Shown: positions 37,941 through 48,600 of the stretch, piece by piece
Layout of the letters: the number at the start of each line of letters is the position of its first letter
Numbering within the stretch: position 1 is the stretch's first letter
Source of the DNA: a candidate division FCPU426 bacterium
GTDB taxonomy: Bacteria > Oederibacteriota > JAAXVQ01 > JAUVAV01
DNA length: 64,000 nt
Assembly: GCA_040756875.1 (NCBI GenBank)
Contig: JBFLYH010000001.1
Location: 896,001 to 960,000 of the forward strand
Reading direction: 5' to 3'
Position numbers and translations under genes: made by a program
Notes under the pieces: generated by a model
Seen by the model: only the letters and a program-made list of their open reading frames with translations
The model's database searches: none
Told to the model about the DNA's origin: nothing

Positions 37941-40900
37941 ATGAAAAAATCCATTCTCGTCATCCTGCTGGCGCTTACCCTGGCACAAACCGCCGTTGCC
38001 ACGACCTACACCGTAACCAACACCAACGATTCGGGCGCCGGTTCCTTCCGCCAGGCCGTGTTGAGCGCCAATGCCAACGTCGGGCCGGACATCATCACCT
38101 TCAGCTCGAGTTTCATGAGCATTACGCTGGCATCCTATATCAACGTCAGCGATCCGGTGAACATTTCCGGCAGTTATGCGGTCATCAGCGGCGGCGGCGT
38201 GTCCAACGGCGTGTATTTCTCGGCGGGCAGCGACGGTTCCACGATCACGGCCATGGCCTTCGTCCGGATGACCGGTTACGGCCTGTCCCTGGCTTCGAAC
38301 TGCAATCGCGTATACAATTGCGCCCTGGGCACCAACTTCAGCGGCACCTCGGGATTGGGCAACAACATCGGCTTGTCCGTCAGCGGTGACTACAATGACA
38401 TCGGCGGCACACTGTCCTCGAACTACAACATCATCTCCGGCAATGCCACCTGCGGGATTTCCCTCTACGACGCCATCGGCACCCAGGTGCACGGCAATTA
38501 CATCGGCACCAACGGCCTGGGCACTCTGGCCGTGGCCAACGGCACGGGCATTCAAATGTACGGCAACAGCATGGGCAACCTGATCGGCGGCGACCGGTCC
38601 GCCTCCCGGGGAAACCTGATTTCAGGCAACACCAATTACGGCGTTTACCTGAGCGACGCCACGACCTTCGGCAACACTCTGGCCGGCAATACCATCGGCG
38701 TCAATCCCGGCCAGAACGCCGAAATCCCCAACGGCGTAGGCATCATGCTCCATCAGGCCGGCGGCAATGATATAGGCCTGCCTGTCGCGGGGTTCGACAA
38801 CATCATCGCAGGCAATGATTCCTACGGCATCCATCTGTGGTGCGGTTCTTCAACCTCAAACCCCTGGCCGAGCAACAACCGCATTCAAAACAACTCCATC
38901 GGGGTCTGTCCGGACACGGAGAACGCGTTCCCCAATACGTATGGCATTTACCTCAATTACGCGGCCGGCAACCTGATCGGCGGCAACTGCTACAATCTTG
39001 AAGGCAACGTCGTTTCCGGCAACAGCAGCCACGGCATCTGCATGCTGGGCGGCCTGGGAAACACCCTGAGCGGCAACTTCATCGGCACGACCAAATCCGG
39101 CACTGCCAGCCAGCCCAACGCCGGCTGCGGCATCCGCGTGATCGACGGCAACGGCAACTATTTCGGCGGGCAGAACCTGTCCTATGCCCTGCGCAACGGC
39201 AACCTGATTTCCGGCAACGGCCAGCACGGGCTTTCCTTCGAGCGGACCGTGACCGGCGAGCAGCAGCGTTACAATACCATCGTCGGCAACTGGATCGGAA
39301 CCAACATCTATGGCGACGCCGCCGTTCCTAACATTCAAAACGGCATCAATTTTTACATCAACGCCGGCGACAACCAGGTCGGTTCGGCCAACGCCCTGTA
39401 CCGCAACCTCGTCTCGGGCAACGGCGGCTACGGCTTCCGCAGCCAATACGGGTTCAACAACAAGGTGTACGGAAATTTCATCGGCACTAATTACGACGGC
39501 ACGGCGCGCCTGGCCAACACCGGCGACGCGCTCTATTGGACCAATTGCTATCGCAACCGCATCGGTGGCACCAGTGCCGGCGAAGGCAACCTGATCTGCG
39601 GGTCCAGCACGGACGGCGTTTACCTGGCCGACAGCTTCGAAAACACCATTGTCGCCAACACCATCGGCCCGCTGGCCAACCTGACCGTGCCTGCGCCCAA
39701 CTTCACCAATGGCATTTATCTCACCAACTGGAGCTATGACAACTGGATCGGCCTGGAAGGCTCCTCCCAGGGCAATCTGATCGCCGGCACGACCAATGGC
39801 GTCAACATCGCCCATGATAATTCCGACGGCGTCATGCTGAGCACCAACACCATTTGCGCGTTCAGCGGCGCGGGCATCGTGCTGGCCGCAGGCGCCAACA
39901 ACAACCAGGCGGCGCCGGCCATCACCTCGAACGATACCAATTGGCTTTACGGCACCTGCGTCAGCGGCGACGACGTGATCGAGGTCTTCGTTTCCGACCG
40001 CGGAACCGGAGTGGCAGGCGGCAGCCTGACCTTCGTGGGCAGGACCACGACCATCATCGGCACTTCCTGGGGTTTGAACGTCCCTGGCCGTTTCGCCACC
40101 AGCGGCGAAGTCTTCACGGCCATCGCCACCAACGGCCGGAACAGTTCGGCTTTTTCCAGCAATTATATGATTCCTTTCCCGGCCACGGCGACATTCACCG
40201 TCACGCCTACGTCCACCATCTCAGCCACGCCGACCCTTACGCCGACTTTTACCGCCACCCCCACTTACAGCGTAACCGGCACCCCAACGGCCACGGGCAC
40301 AATCACATTCACCTCCACGCCAACGTCCACCGTCACTCCGACGTTCACCGCCACCCCGACGTTCACTGCCACTGCCACGGGCACGGCCACCGGAACCGCC
40401 ACGCCCACGTTCTCGGCCACGATCACGCCGACCGCCACGCCCACTTTTACCGTGACCCGGACCGCCACGGCCACGGGCACTTCAACCTCAACCGCAACGA
40501 TTTCGCCCACGAACACGCCTGGCGACAGCCCCACGTCCACCCCTACTCCCACAGCCACCGCCACTTGCACCCGCACGGCCACGCCCACGATTTCACTCAC
40601 GGCCACGGCCACGGCGACTGTCTCCCGAACCGCCACCGCAACCTTCAGCTCCACTTTCACCCAGACGCGGACCCACACCCCCGTGGTTACGGCCACACCG
40701 ACTCTCACGGCGACCCCGACCTTCACGGTTACGCCGACCTTCACGCCCTCGCCGTTTGTCACGGCCACCGGCACGTTCAGCCCGACCGCCACGGCTACGG
40801 AAGCGGCCGCCACCCCGGGTTCGACTTTCCAGGGCTTCGCGGCCTACCCGCAGCCGGCCCGCGACCAGGTCTTCTTCAATCTTCCGGAATGGACCAGTGG

Positions 40901-41084
40901 GAACTTGGTTCTCTGCGTTTACAATCTTTCAGGGGACTTGGTGGCCAAAGTGGAGGAGTACGGCGGCCAGGGAGCCGTCCGGCCGTCCTTGCGGACGCAG
41001 CATCTGGGCCCAGGCGTGTACTTGGGAGTGGTTTACATCGACGGGAAGAAAACGCGGACGTTCAAATTCGTGGTGGCGAAATAG
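37941..41084 (+). CDS. Large secreted parallel beta-helix protein with Thr/Pro-rich stalk and T9SS-like C-terminal domain
   Basis: Signal peptide, TVTNTNDSGAGSFRQA, repeated GN.ISGN/GN.IGT, about 200 aa of TPT repeats, AYPQPA...YNLSG.LV...GVY. Confidence 0.85.
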   Translation: MKKSILVILLALTLAQTAVATTYTVTNTNDSGAGSFRQAVLSANANVGPDIITFSSSFMSITLASYINVSDPVNISGSYAVISGGGVSNGVYFSAGSDGSTITAMAFVRMTGYGLSLASNCNRVYNCALGTNFSGTSGLGNNIGLSVSGDYNDIGGTLSSNYNIISGNATCGISLYDAIGTQVHGNYIGTNGLGTLAVANGTGIQMYGNSMGNLIGGDRSASRGNLISGNTNYGVYLSDATTFGNTLAGNTIGVNPGQNAEIPNGVGIMLHQAGGNDIGLPVAGFDNIIAGNDSYGIHLWCGSSTSNPWPSNNRIQNNSIGVCPDTENAFPNTYGIYLNYAAGNLIGGNCYNLEGNVVSGNSSHGICMLGGLGNTLSGNFIGTTKSGTASQPNAGCGIRVIDGNGNYFGGQNLSYALRNGNLISGNGQHGLSFERTVTGEQQRYNTIVGNWIGTNIYGDAAVPNIQNGINFYINAGDNQVGSANALYRNLVSGNGGYGFRSQYGFNNKVYGNFIGTNYDGTARLANTGDALYWTNCYRNRIGGTSAGEGNLICGSSTDGVYLADSFENTIVANTIGPLANLTVPAPNFTNGIYLTNWSYDNWIGLEGSSQGNLIAGTTNGVNIAHDNSDGVMLSTNTICAFSGAGIVLAAGANNNQAAPAITSNDTNWLYGTCVSGDDVIEVFVSDRGTGVAGGSLTFVGRTTTIIGTSWGLNVPGRFATSGEVFTAIATNGRNSSAFSSNYMIPFPATATFTVTPTSTISATPTLTPTFTATPTYSVTGTPTATGTITFTSTPTSTVTPTFTATPTFTATATGTATGTATPTFSATITPTATPTFTVTRTATATGTSTSTATISPTNTPGDSPTSTPTPTATATCTRTATPTISLTATATATVSRTATATFSSTFTQTRTHTPVVTATPTLTATPTFTVTPTFTPSPFVTATGTFSPTATATEAAATPGSTFQGFAAYPQPARDQVFFNLPEWTSGNLVLCVYNLSGDLVAKVEEYGGQGAVRPSLRTQHLGPGVYLGVVYIDGKKTRTFKFVVAK

Positions 41085-41108
41085 CCGCCCCGCAGGCCGG
41101 ATCAACCG

Positions 41109-42266
41109 TCAGCAAATCAGCTTGCCGAGCCCGACCTTGTTGGGGTATTCCTCGATATTTTCGGGCTCGGGTTCGAAATACAGGGCTTTGCCCATATCCA
41201 GCACGATGTCGATCTTCCGGCCCTCGCCCAGCTTTTCGTAGGCGTTCACCTTCATGGAGATTTTCTGCTTGCCCACCTGCAGATGTAAAATGGCGTAGTC
41301 GCCCGTGGGCAGCATGACCTTGATTTTCGATCTGAGCGTATTGCCCGCCGTCGCGTTTTTGGAATAGATCTTGTCGTATATGCTTTCCGGCCGGATGCCC
41401 AGGCTTACGGGCTTCCCGTGGTAGGGGGCGAGTTTCTTGGCGTGCGAGGCGTGCGCCTCCAGCTCCAGGTCCGGATTGCCGAAAAACACTTTCTTGCCCT
41501 TCTTCTTGATGCTGCCCTCGATGAAGTTCATGCGCTGGTTGCCGATGAAGCCGGCCACGAACTTGTTTTGCGGACGGTTGTAGAGTTCGAGCGGCTTGGC
41601 GAACTGGTGCACCTCGCCGTCGCGCATGACCGCGATCCGGTCGGCCATGGTCATGGCTTCGACCTGGTCGTGCGTCACGTAGATCATGGTGGCGTCGAGC
41701 AAATGGTGCAGTTGCCTGAGTTCGGCGCGCATGCTTTCCCGCATCTCGGCATCCAGGTTGGAAAGCGGTTCGTCGAAGAGAAAAACCTTGGGATTGCGGA
41801 CAATGGCCCGGCCTACGGCCACGCGCTGACGCTGGCCGCCGGACAGTTCCCTGGGCAGGCGCTGCAGAAACTCCGTGATCATCAGGATCTTGGCGGCTTC
41901 CTCCACGCGTTTCTTGATTTCATCCTTTTTCCTCCCGTGCAGGCGGAGACCGAAGGACATGTTGTCGAACACCGTCATGTGGGGGTACAGGGCGTAATTC
42001 TGAAAAACCATGGCAATATCCCGGTCGCTGGGCGCCACATCGTTGACCAGGCGGCCGCCGATGTGGATTTCCCCGCCGGTCACTTCCTCCAGGCCGGCGA
42101 TCATGCGCAGCGTGGTGGATTTCCCGCAGCCCGAGGGGCCGACCAAGATCACGAACTCCTTGTCTTCGCAGGTGAAACTGACGTTGCGGACCACTTCTTT
42201 CGGGCCCTCTTTGCAAATGAAGCGTTTGGTTACGTTCTTGAGAACAACATTGGACATGCCCTGCAT
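41109..42266 (-). CDS. Carbohydrate ABC transporter ATP-binding protein (MsmX/UgpC family)
   Basis: [41 protein letters not shown]. Confidence 0.95.
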   Translation of the reverse strand: MQGMSNVVLKNVTKRFICKEGPKEVVRNVSFTCEDKEFVILVGPSGCGKSTTLRMIAGLEEVTGGEIHIGGRLVNDVAPSDRDIAMVFQNYALYPHMTVFDNMSFGLRLHGRKKDEIKKRVEEAAKILMITEFLQRLPRELSGGQRQRVAVGRAIVRNPKVFLFDEPLSNLDAEMRESMRAELRQLHHLLDATMIYVTHDQVEAMTMADRIAVMRDGEVHQFAKPLELYNRPQNKFVAGFIGNQRMNFIEGSIKKKGKKVFFGNPDLELEAHASHAKKLAPYHGKPVSLGIRPESIYDKIYSKNATAGNTLRSKIKVMLPTGDYAILHLQVGKQKISMKVNAYEKLGEGRKIDIVLDMGKALYFEPEPENIEEYPNKVGLGKLIC

Positions 42267-42374
42267 CCTCCCGGGAGGTAAAGCTCCCCCACGGCAAGCC
42301 GCGGGGCTTTAACGAAGGGGTGTAAATTATAGAACCAACAGAATACCCGACTTGCCGCAACTAGGCCAGAAGAA

Positions 42375-43079
42375 TTAATTGTTTTTTATCGAGGCCGCCG
42401 CCTCTTGGTCTTCAAGGTCTGATGCAAACCCGGAAAAGTACGCCAGATGGACAAGCAGCCAAACTGCCAGCAGCAAATACCAGCAAAGGGCAAAAATGAC
42501 ATCCGGCTCCGACAGGCCGGGGAAATAACCAAAAACCGCTATTTCCAGCGCCATCAGCCAGCACAAGCCTGCTACGGCAAGCACGTAGGGCCACCAGGGA
42601 GCGATCAGCTTGCGCAAACCCGGAGGCAGGATTTTTCGCCACCCTGTTAAAGGGCGGCGAATCCGGGTAGCATAAGCCCAGATCACAGTAAAGAACACGA
42701 TGTGTCCAATGCCCCCGCCTACCAGCGTCACCAAAATAAACAGCAGTAAAAAAACCGTGGCACCGCGAGGCTGGCGGATGGAGCGTATCGACCAAAAAGC
42801 CGCCACCAGGCTGATGGCCATGGCGCACAACCCGGTCAGCCAAAAAACCGGAAGGATGGTCAGCGCCTCCTCGGTTCCATATAGCCACCACCGCTGCGCT
42901 TCACCGATAGCTTGGATGATTAATTTGCCCGTGGGGCGTCCACCCTGCAAGGTTTCAAACAGCCCATGTTCAAAGCTGGCCAGGGACAATAACACTCCCA
43001 AAACCGATGTGATCACGGCTGTCGCCTTGTTAATGGCCACGGGCGCGGTTTCGGCAGAAGGTTTTTTAAAACCCATCAT
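42375..43079 (-). CDS. Hypothetical membrane protein
   Basis: About six hydrophobic segments; EHGLFE.LQG motif. Confidence 0.7.
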   Translation of the reverse strand: MMGFKKPSAETAPVAINKATAVITSVLGVLLSLASFEHGLFETLQGGRPTGKLIIQAIGEAQRWWLYGTEEALTILPVFWLTGLCAMAISLVAAFWSIRSIRQPRGATVFLLLFILVTLVGGGIGHIVFFTVIWAYATRIRRPLTGWRKILPPGLRKLIAPWWPYVLAVAGLCWLMALEIAVFGYFPGLSEPDVIFALCWYLLLAVWLLVHLAYFSGFASDLEDQEAAASIKNN

Positions 43080-43122
43080 TTCACCTCCTGAAAAGAAGTT
43101 TTCGAAGCCCAGTAATCCGGAA

Positions 43123-43392
43123 TTATTGAAACCGATAATGTTTGCGGACCTGTTTTAGCACCTGCCAGGTACAGCTCAGTCCCGTGGGGAATATGACATA
43201 ATCGCCGGCATGGATTTTGACCTGCCGGCCATCCGGCGCATGCACGATAACTTCGCCCTCTAAAAAGAGGCATTCTTCCTGACTGTCGTAGGTCCATTCA
43301 AAACGGCTGGGTTCTTTTTCCCAGATCGGCCACTGCCGGATCCCCATTTTTGCGATCTCTTCTTCGGACAAGCGCTTGACGATAATTTCCAT
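43123..43392 (-). CDS. Cupin domain protein (DUF861)
   Basis: WPIWEKEPSRFEWTYD..E.C..LEG, GDYVIFP.G..C.W. Confidence 0.9.
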   Translation of the reverse strand: MEIIVKRLSEEEIAKMGIRQWPIWEKEPSRFEWTYDSQEECLFLEGEVIVHAPDGRQVKIHAGDYVIFPTGLSCTWQVLKQVRKHYRFQ

Positions 43393-43590
43393 AACCCCAC
43401 CCCTTTCCGCCTTTTCAGATTAGACGTTTCATATTTGCTCTTATATCACTTTTAGCTATAAGCGCCCAGGTTAAAACCGCCAGCCAGAACGTCAAACCGG
43501 AAAGAAAATGTTTAATTTAACTCTTTTAATTACATGGTATTTTTCCGTGGCTTCAGAAGAAGTTCGAGCGTCTACCTGGGCAGATGGTTT

Positions 43591-44211
43591 TTAAGCCAAG
43601 ACTTTGACAATGGAATCCAGCGGCCGTTTGACCGGGCCTTTGGTCGGACGCACCGGATACCCGAGGGGCACAATGGCCATGAATTCCCCCTGGGGCTCGC
43701 CCAGCAAGGTCAAAACCTCGTCTTTAATCAGATAAAGAATGCCGAGCCACACCGTCGCCAGTCCCAACGAGGTGGCGGCCAGCAACAGGTTTTGCACCGC
43801 CGCAGCCGAGCTTTGTATTTCCATGGTCCGGAAAAAATCATGGCCCAGGTCAGGGTCGATTTGGAAAAGCCGGGTGCCGTGTTCGATCAATTCGCCGGTG
43901 TTCGCCACCGCGACCACCTCCGGCGCGCTGGCAATGGTACGCGCGGCCAGGCGCAGCAACACCGAAGCGGCGCGGGGAAAGGCACCCAGCCGCTGGTTGA
44001 TCAATTCTACCAGTTCGCGTTTTTTTTCGCCCCGGACGATGATGAACCGCCAGGCTTGCTGGTTGTGGGCCGACGGGGCGTAATTCGCAGCCTCCAGCAC
44101 TGCGGTGAGATCGGCCTCGGAGACAGGCTGTTCGGAAAATTGGCGCACGCTATGCCGGTTTTTAATGGCCTCCAGGGCGCCGTTGAAAGCCGGAGAATCA
44201 TGAGTGGGCAT
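43591..44211 (-). CDS. Nitroreductase family protein
   Basis: RHSVRQF, APSAHNQQAW, QNLLLAATSLGL. Confidence 0.9.
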   Translation of the reverse strand: MPTHDSPAFNGALEAIKNRHSVRQFSEQPVSEADLTAVLEAANYAPSAHNQQAWRFIIVRGEKKRELVELINQRLGAFPRAASVLLRLAARTIASAPEVVAVANTGELIEHGTRLFQIDPDLGHDFFRTMEIQSSAAAVQNLLLAATSLGLATVWLGILYLIKDEVLTLLGEPQGEFMAIVPLGYPVRPTKGPVKRPLDSIVKVLA

Positions 44212-44282
44212 TTGCAACCCCCAAGGATCAGGATGAACCGCAACATAAAGGCGCTTTTTCCGCCTTCCCCGCGCCGCGCCAT

Positions 44283-45020
44283 TCACTCCTTTGGCGGATC
44301 GTAAAGCTTCGGAAAATACGAAGCCGGAGCCAGGCCTTTTTGCGTTTCCGGGTCCAGGGGGCCGTAATAAAGGTCCATCAGCCCGCGGGGCTGGTAGGTA
44401 CCGTTGACCACCTGCGCAATCCTCCGCGTCCTTTCGGCATTGGCTTCGGGATGGTCTTTAACGTGGAAGTTGCCCGGCGCAATGATCATGGCCACCAGCG
44501 AGAGATATTGCGTCTCGGTAAGTTCGGCCATGGTTCGCCCGTAATACACACGGGCCGCCTCGCCTAGGCCGATCACCGGCCGCCCGTCGGATTTCCCCAG
44601 GTAGATCAAATTGACGAACAGTTCCTGCTGCTCTTCCTTGCTCACCAAGGGGTCCAGCACCCAGCGGGCCAGCAACATCAGTTGCAACTTGCGGATCCCG
44701 GGTTTAAAGGGATGGAAATACAATTTTTTGGCCAGGCCCTGGGTCAGGGTGGTCAGACCCGCGCCGGGCGTATGCAGATCAATGCCGTGATGGCGGTAAA
44801 ACCCCGGGTCCTGTACGGCCAGCAAGGCCTGGATCTGCCAACCGCTGAATTCGGACAAGGGGTGCCACGCCCGGGCGTCCTGACGCGCTGTCCGGATGAT
44901 TTCCGGCGTTCGGGCGCGGTAATACCCCACCGTACCCAGAACGTAAATCAGGCCGGCCAAAGCCAAGCCTCCACCTCCCCAGCTGACGAAACGGTTCATG
45001 GTGAATTTCAATGCTTTCAC
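44283..45020 (-). CDS. Monofunctional transglycosylase (GT51)-like protein with degenerate motifs
   Basis: QDPGFYRHHGID, TTLTQGLAK, NLIYLG, GLGEAARVYYG; N-terminal TM helix. Confidence 0.82.
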   Translation of the reverse strand: MKALKFTMNRFVSWGGGGLALAGLIYVLGTVGYYRARTPEIIRTARQDARAWHPLSEFSGWQIQALLAVQDPGFYRHHGIDLHTPGAGLTTLTQGLAKKLYFHPFKPGIRKLQLMLLARWVLDPLVSKEEQQELFVNLIYLGKSDGRPVIGLGEAARVYYGRTMAELTETQYLSLVAMIIAPGNFHVKDHPEANAERTRRIAQVVNGTYQPRGLMDLYYGPLDPETQKGLAPASYFPKLYDPPKE

Positions 45021-45199
45021 CCCTCTCTTCCGAGCATTCCGCCGAAACCGCCATCAAATCGATCCAAAGGCGGCATTCTCTTGTGATATACTTCCAGCAT
45101 TAGCCTTTTGGCTCGCCGGAAGGCGGCCACGTCCCGAGATCCGCCATCGCGGACATCGGCGCGGATCATTATACCATTTCAGCGAACGGGAGCAACGAG

Positions 45200-45577
45200 A
45201 TGCGGCTGACCGAGATATTCCAACAACTTAAAGGTCTGGAGATATTCGAGGAACGCTCGGCAACCGACGAACTGATTGACGTGGTTTTCGAAAACCGGAT
45301 CTCAGCGGCCTGGCAGGAAAGATTGGAATCCATCCTGGGGCCCGCGCTCAAACCCCAGGGCCAAAAAGCCGACGGTCAAGCCAGCAAACTGACCAAGGCT
45401 TTCGGCGGCATCCGGCCCGAGCAAACCCTTTTCTATAAAAACTTCGGCGAGTATGCGGTCATGGCCATGCTGTGGCCCTGGGGCAACGGCCGCTGCACAA
45501 GCTGTAAAATGTTCCGCGTGGCCCCGCTTGAATCCGACCAGAACAGTTCGTTGTTTTCACGCTGGTTCAAAAAGTAA
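45200..45577 (+). CDS. Hypothetical protein
   Basis: 125-aa ORF with RBS, filling the gap between opposite-strand genes; GGIR..QTL...MLWPW motif. Confidence 0.65.
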   Translation: MRLTEIFQQLKGLEIFEERSATDELIDVVFENRISAAWQERLESILGPALKPQGQKADGQASKLTKAFGGIRPEQTLFYKNFGEYAVMAMLWPWGNGRCTSCKMFRVAPLESDQNSSLFSRWFKK

Positions 45578-45725
45578 CCCGGGCTTGCACACCATCGCCA
45601 AAACGGAGTGGAGTGCCCCCCCGGACCAAAGTCCGGGGCTCCCTCCCTACGCAAACGAATCCCGCAATCCTCTCCCCGGGCCAAAGCCCGGGGATTCTTG
45701 CGTAGGGATCGAAAATCCCATCCCC

Positions 45726-46568
45726 TCACCCCGCCGAACCGCCGGCCAGGAATTTCCCCATCTGCTCCCTGAACCGGGCGGCATCGTCCGTCACGCTGGC
45801 CAGAATGGGCCTGACCTTGTGAAAATCCAGAATCTGAATGTTCAGCAGCTTGGGGCTGAGGTAGATGTCCGGCCGGGAGCGTTCGAGCTTGCGCGCCAGG
45901 CCGGCGATTTCCATGATCTGAAAGGTGTTGAGAATCGCTTCGGGCAAGGTGGGTTTGGCCACCCGGCCGGTCCCGGGAGCGATCTCGCCCAGGACATTGA
46001 TGGCGATCAGCAGGTCGCAGTCCCCGCGCAGGATTTCATACGGCAAGGAGTTGACGACGCCGCCGTCAATCAATACCCGGCCGCCGGTAACAACCGCCTC
46101 GAATATGCCCGGGATGGAAATGCTGGCCCTGACCGCCTCGGTCAAGCTGCCGTGGTCGAGGATGACCTCCTCCCGGCTCCAGAAATCAGTGGCAATGACC
46201 TTGAGCGGGATTTTTAAATCCTCGAAACTTTTCTTTTGGACCAGCTTTTCCAGGGTCTTGATGATCTTGTCGCCGCGGATCAGGCCGTATTTGGCGCCGA
46301 GTGTGAGGTCCGTGAGGTTGATAAAATCCACCAGCTTCAAATCGGTGAATATGCGTTCGATCTCTTTGCCACTGTGCCCGAATGCATACAAGGCTCCGAT
46401 AAGCGCACCCATGCTGGTTCCGGCAATAATACCTGGCCTGAGGCCCAGCTCATCCAGGATCTTCAGGAAGGCGATATGGGCGATCCCTTTCGCGCCGCCG
46501 CCGCCCAAGGCCAAGCCGATGCGCGGGTTCGGTTTATCGTTTACGGATTCTCCTGACGGGGTTGCCAA
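45726..46568 (-). CDS. Patatin-like phospholipase
   Basis: GGGGAKG, GTSMG, ASISIPG, DGG. Confidence 0.92.
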   Translation of the reverse strand: MATPSGESVNDKPNPRIGLALGGGGAKGIAHIAFLKILDELGLRPGIIAGTSMGALIGALYAFGHSGKEIERIFTDLKLVDFINLTDLTLGAKYGLIRGDKIIKTLEKLVQKKSFEDLKIPLKVIATDFWSREEVILDHGSLTEAVRASISIPGIFEAVVTGGRVLIDGGVVNSLPYEILRGDCDLLIAINVLGEIAPGTGRVAKPTLPEAILNTFQIMEIAGLARKLERSRPDIYLSPKLLNIQILDFHKVRPILASVTDDAARFREQMGKFLAGGSAG

Positions 46569-46685
46569 GGTTCGCCTCTCATGGTCAAGGTCGCGCCGGG
46601 TCGCTGCTGCTGCCGGTCATAATGCAGGCGCACATTATATCCGGGTCAAAGGCAAAAAGCCATCAGGATGGCGGGACGTTCGATT

Positions 46686-48038
46686 TCAGGCGGTCAGGAT
46701 GTAGCGCAGGACAAACAAGGCGGCAAAAACGTAAATCAGCGGGTGAACGTCCCGGCTTTTGCCGGCCACGGTTTTCAGCAGCGCATAACTGATGAAGCCA
46801 AAAGCAATGCCTTCGGTAATGGAAAATCCGCAAAACGGCATGACCACGATGGTCAGAAAGGCCGGAATGGCCTCGCTGTAATCGTCCCAGGGAATTTTCC
46901 GAACGCAACTCATCATCATGCAGCCCACCACGATCAGGGCCGGCGCCACTACCGGGTAGAGGTATGCGCCGCCCGCGGTTTGGTAGCCAGACCCGATCAT
47001 GGCCACCAGGGGCTTGAAAAAAAGCGCAGCCAGCATCAACAACCCGGTCACCACGTTGGTCAGGCCCGTGCGGCCGCCTTGGGAAACGCCGGCCGCACTT
47101 TCCACATAGCTGGTTACCGTGGAGGTGCCCAACACGGCTCCCACGACCGTGGCTGTGGCGTCGGAGAGCAGAGCCTGCTGCGCGCGGGGCAGGTGGTCGT
47201 CCTTGATGAACCCGGCCTTTTCGCCCACGCCGATCAGAGTGCCGATGGTGTCGAACAGGTCCAGGAAGAAAAACACGAATATCAACTCCACAAATCCCAG
47301 GCTCAAGGCGCCCTTGAAACTCAGCTTTAAAAACGTCGGCCCCAGCGAAGGCACCGGGCTGGCAATCCCCTGGTATTTGACCAACCCGAAAATCAGGCCA
47401 GCCACCGTGCTGGCCGCGATCCCGATCAGAATCGCGCCCTGGATTCTCAGAACCAGCAGCACGGAGATCACCGCCAGGCCGAACAGGGACAGGAGGACCG
47501 GCGCTGAATTCAGTTTGCCCATGCTGATGTAAATGGACGGGTTGGCCGTGGTGATGCCCGACCATTCGAAGCCCACCAGGGCGATCATGAGGCCGATGCC
47601 CACGGCAATGGCGTAGCGCAGGGAGGGCGGCACGGCTTTGATGACTTTTTCCCGGAACCCCAAAAACGAAAAGCCGATGAAAACCATGCCGGAAAGGAAG
47701 ATCGCACCCAGGGCCACTTGCCAGGGCTTGACCGCCGCGTTTTCACCCAGCAGAGCGGCGATCATGGGACAGGCCACGAAAGCAAAATAGACGTTGTGCC
47801 CCATGGCCGGGGCCAGGGCGATGGGATAATTGGCCAGCAGGGCCATGACAAAGCAGGCCAGGGCGCTGGAGACGCAGGTGGCCACCATGACCGCGTTGAA
47901 GTCCATGCCGCACTGCGACAAAATGGCCGGCTGCACGAAGATGATGTAGGCCATGGTCATGAAGGTGGTAATGCCCGCCACCACCTCGGTCTTTACCGTG
48001 GTCCCGTGTTCCCTGAGCTTAAAAAGTTTTTCCAGCAT
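46686..48038 (-). CDS. NCS2/AzgA family purine permease
   Basis: EVVAGITTFMTMAYI, APAMG, DLFDTIGT, TSYVES..G...GGRTG. Confidence 0.93.
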   Translation of the reverse strand: MLEKLFKLREHGTTVKTEVVAGITTFMTMAYIIFVQPAILSQCGMDFNAVMVATCVSSALACFVMALLANYPIALAPAMGHNVYFAFVACPMIAALLGENAAVKPWQVALGAIFLSGMVFIGFSFLGFREKVIKAVPPSLRYAIAVGIGLMIALVGFEWSGITTANPSIYISMGKLNSAPVLLSLFGLAVISVLLVLRIQGAILIGIAASTVAGLIFGLVKYQGIASPVPSLGPTFLKLSFKGALSLGFVELIFVFFFLDLFDTIGTLIGVGEKAGFIKDDHLPRAQQALLSDATATVVGAVLGTSTVTSYVESAAGVSQGGRTGLTNVVTGLLMLAALFFKPLVAMIGSGYQTAGGAYLYPVVAPALIVVGCMMMSCVRKIPWDDYSEAIPAFLTIVVMPFCGFSITEGIAFGFISYALLKTVAGKSRDVHPLIYVFAALFVLRYILTA

Positions 48039-48120
48039 GACCCCTCCGGTCTGAGCGAATGCCAACGCAACCCTCGCTATTCAAGCCAAAGGAGGCCGGC
48101 GGCCATCTCCGGCCCCCGCT

Positions 48121-48519
48121 CTATTCCCTTTTGCCCGCGGCCCGCTTGAGGGCTTGAAAAGCCGCTTCCACGGCCGTCCATTTTTGGTCAAGCTCCTCGC
48201 GGTATTGAAGCCAGGTCGCCTGGGTCTGGCCTTCGGCTCTTTCCAAGGCGCTTTGAAAATCGACCCGGGCCTGGGCGAACGTGTCGCTGCTTTCGAGCCA
48301 CAGTTCCCTGGCCTCCTCGGAGAGCCTCAACCCGGGACCCTGCAGCATTTCCAGGCGCGTTTCCAGGTCCTGCATCTGCGCCCGCATGTCCGCTTCGAAG
48401 AGCCTGACTTTCTCCTGAAACCCCGCCTGGCCGGCGGACGTGTTTTGCGGTTTTGAGCCGCACCCGGCCGCAAGGCCGACACAGAGGATGCTGACCATGA
48501 TTAAACGTGTTTTGTTCAC
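48121..48519 (-). CDS. Hypothetical lipoprotein, helical/coiled-coil
   Basis: Lipobox AAGC; helical body. Confidence 0.6.
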   Translation of the reverse strand: MNKTRLIMVSILCVGLAAGCGSKPQNTSAGQAGFQEKVRLFEADMRAQMQDLETRLEMLQGPGLRLSEEARELWLESSDTFAQARVDFQSALERAEGQTQATWLQYREELDQKWTAVEAAFQALKRAAGKRE

Positions 48520-48600
48520 GAGCGGTTCAACCTCATTTCCTTTGTTTGGCCGGCTGCTTGACCGGCGCCTTCGCGGTTCTCCGCGCTTCCCTGCAACAGC

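Noticed and set aside
40180-40800. DNA-level tandem repeat or VNTR in the Thr-rich regions (also 56250-56990)
   Set aside because: Codons vary freely; this is protein-level low complexity, not an exact nucleotide array.
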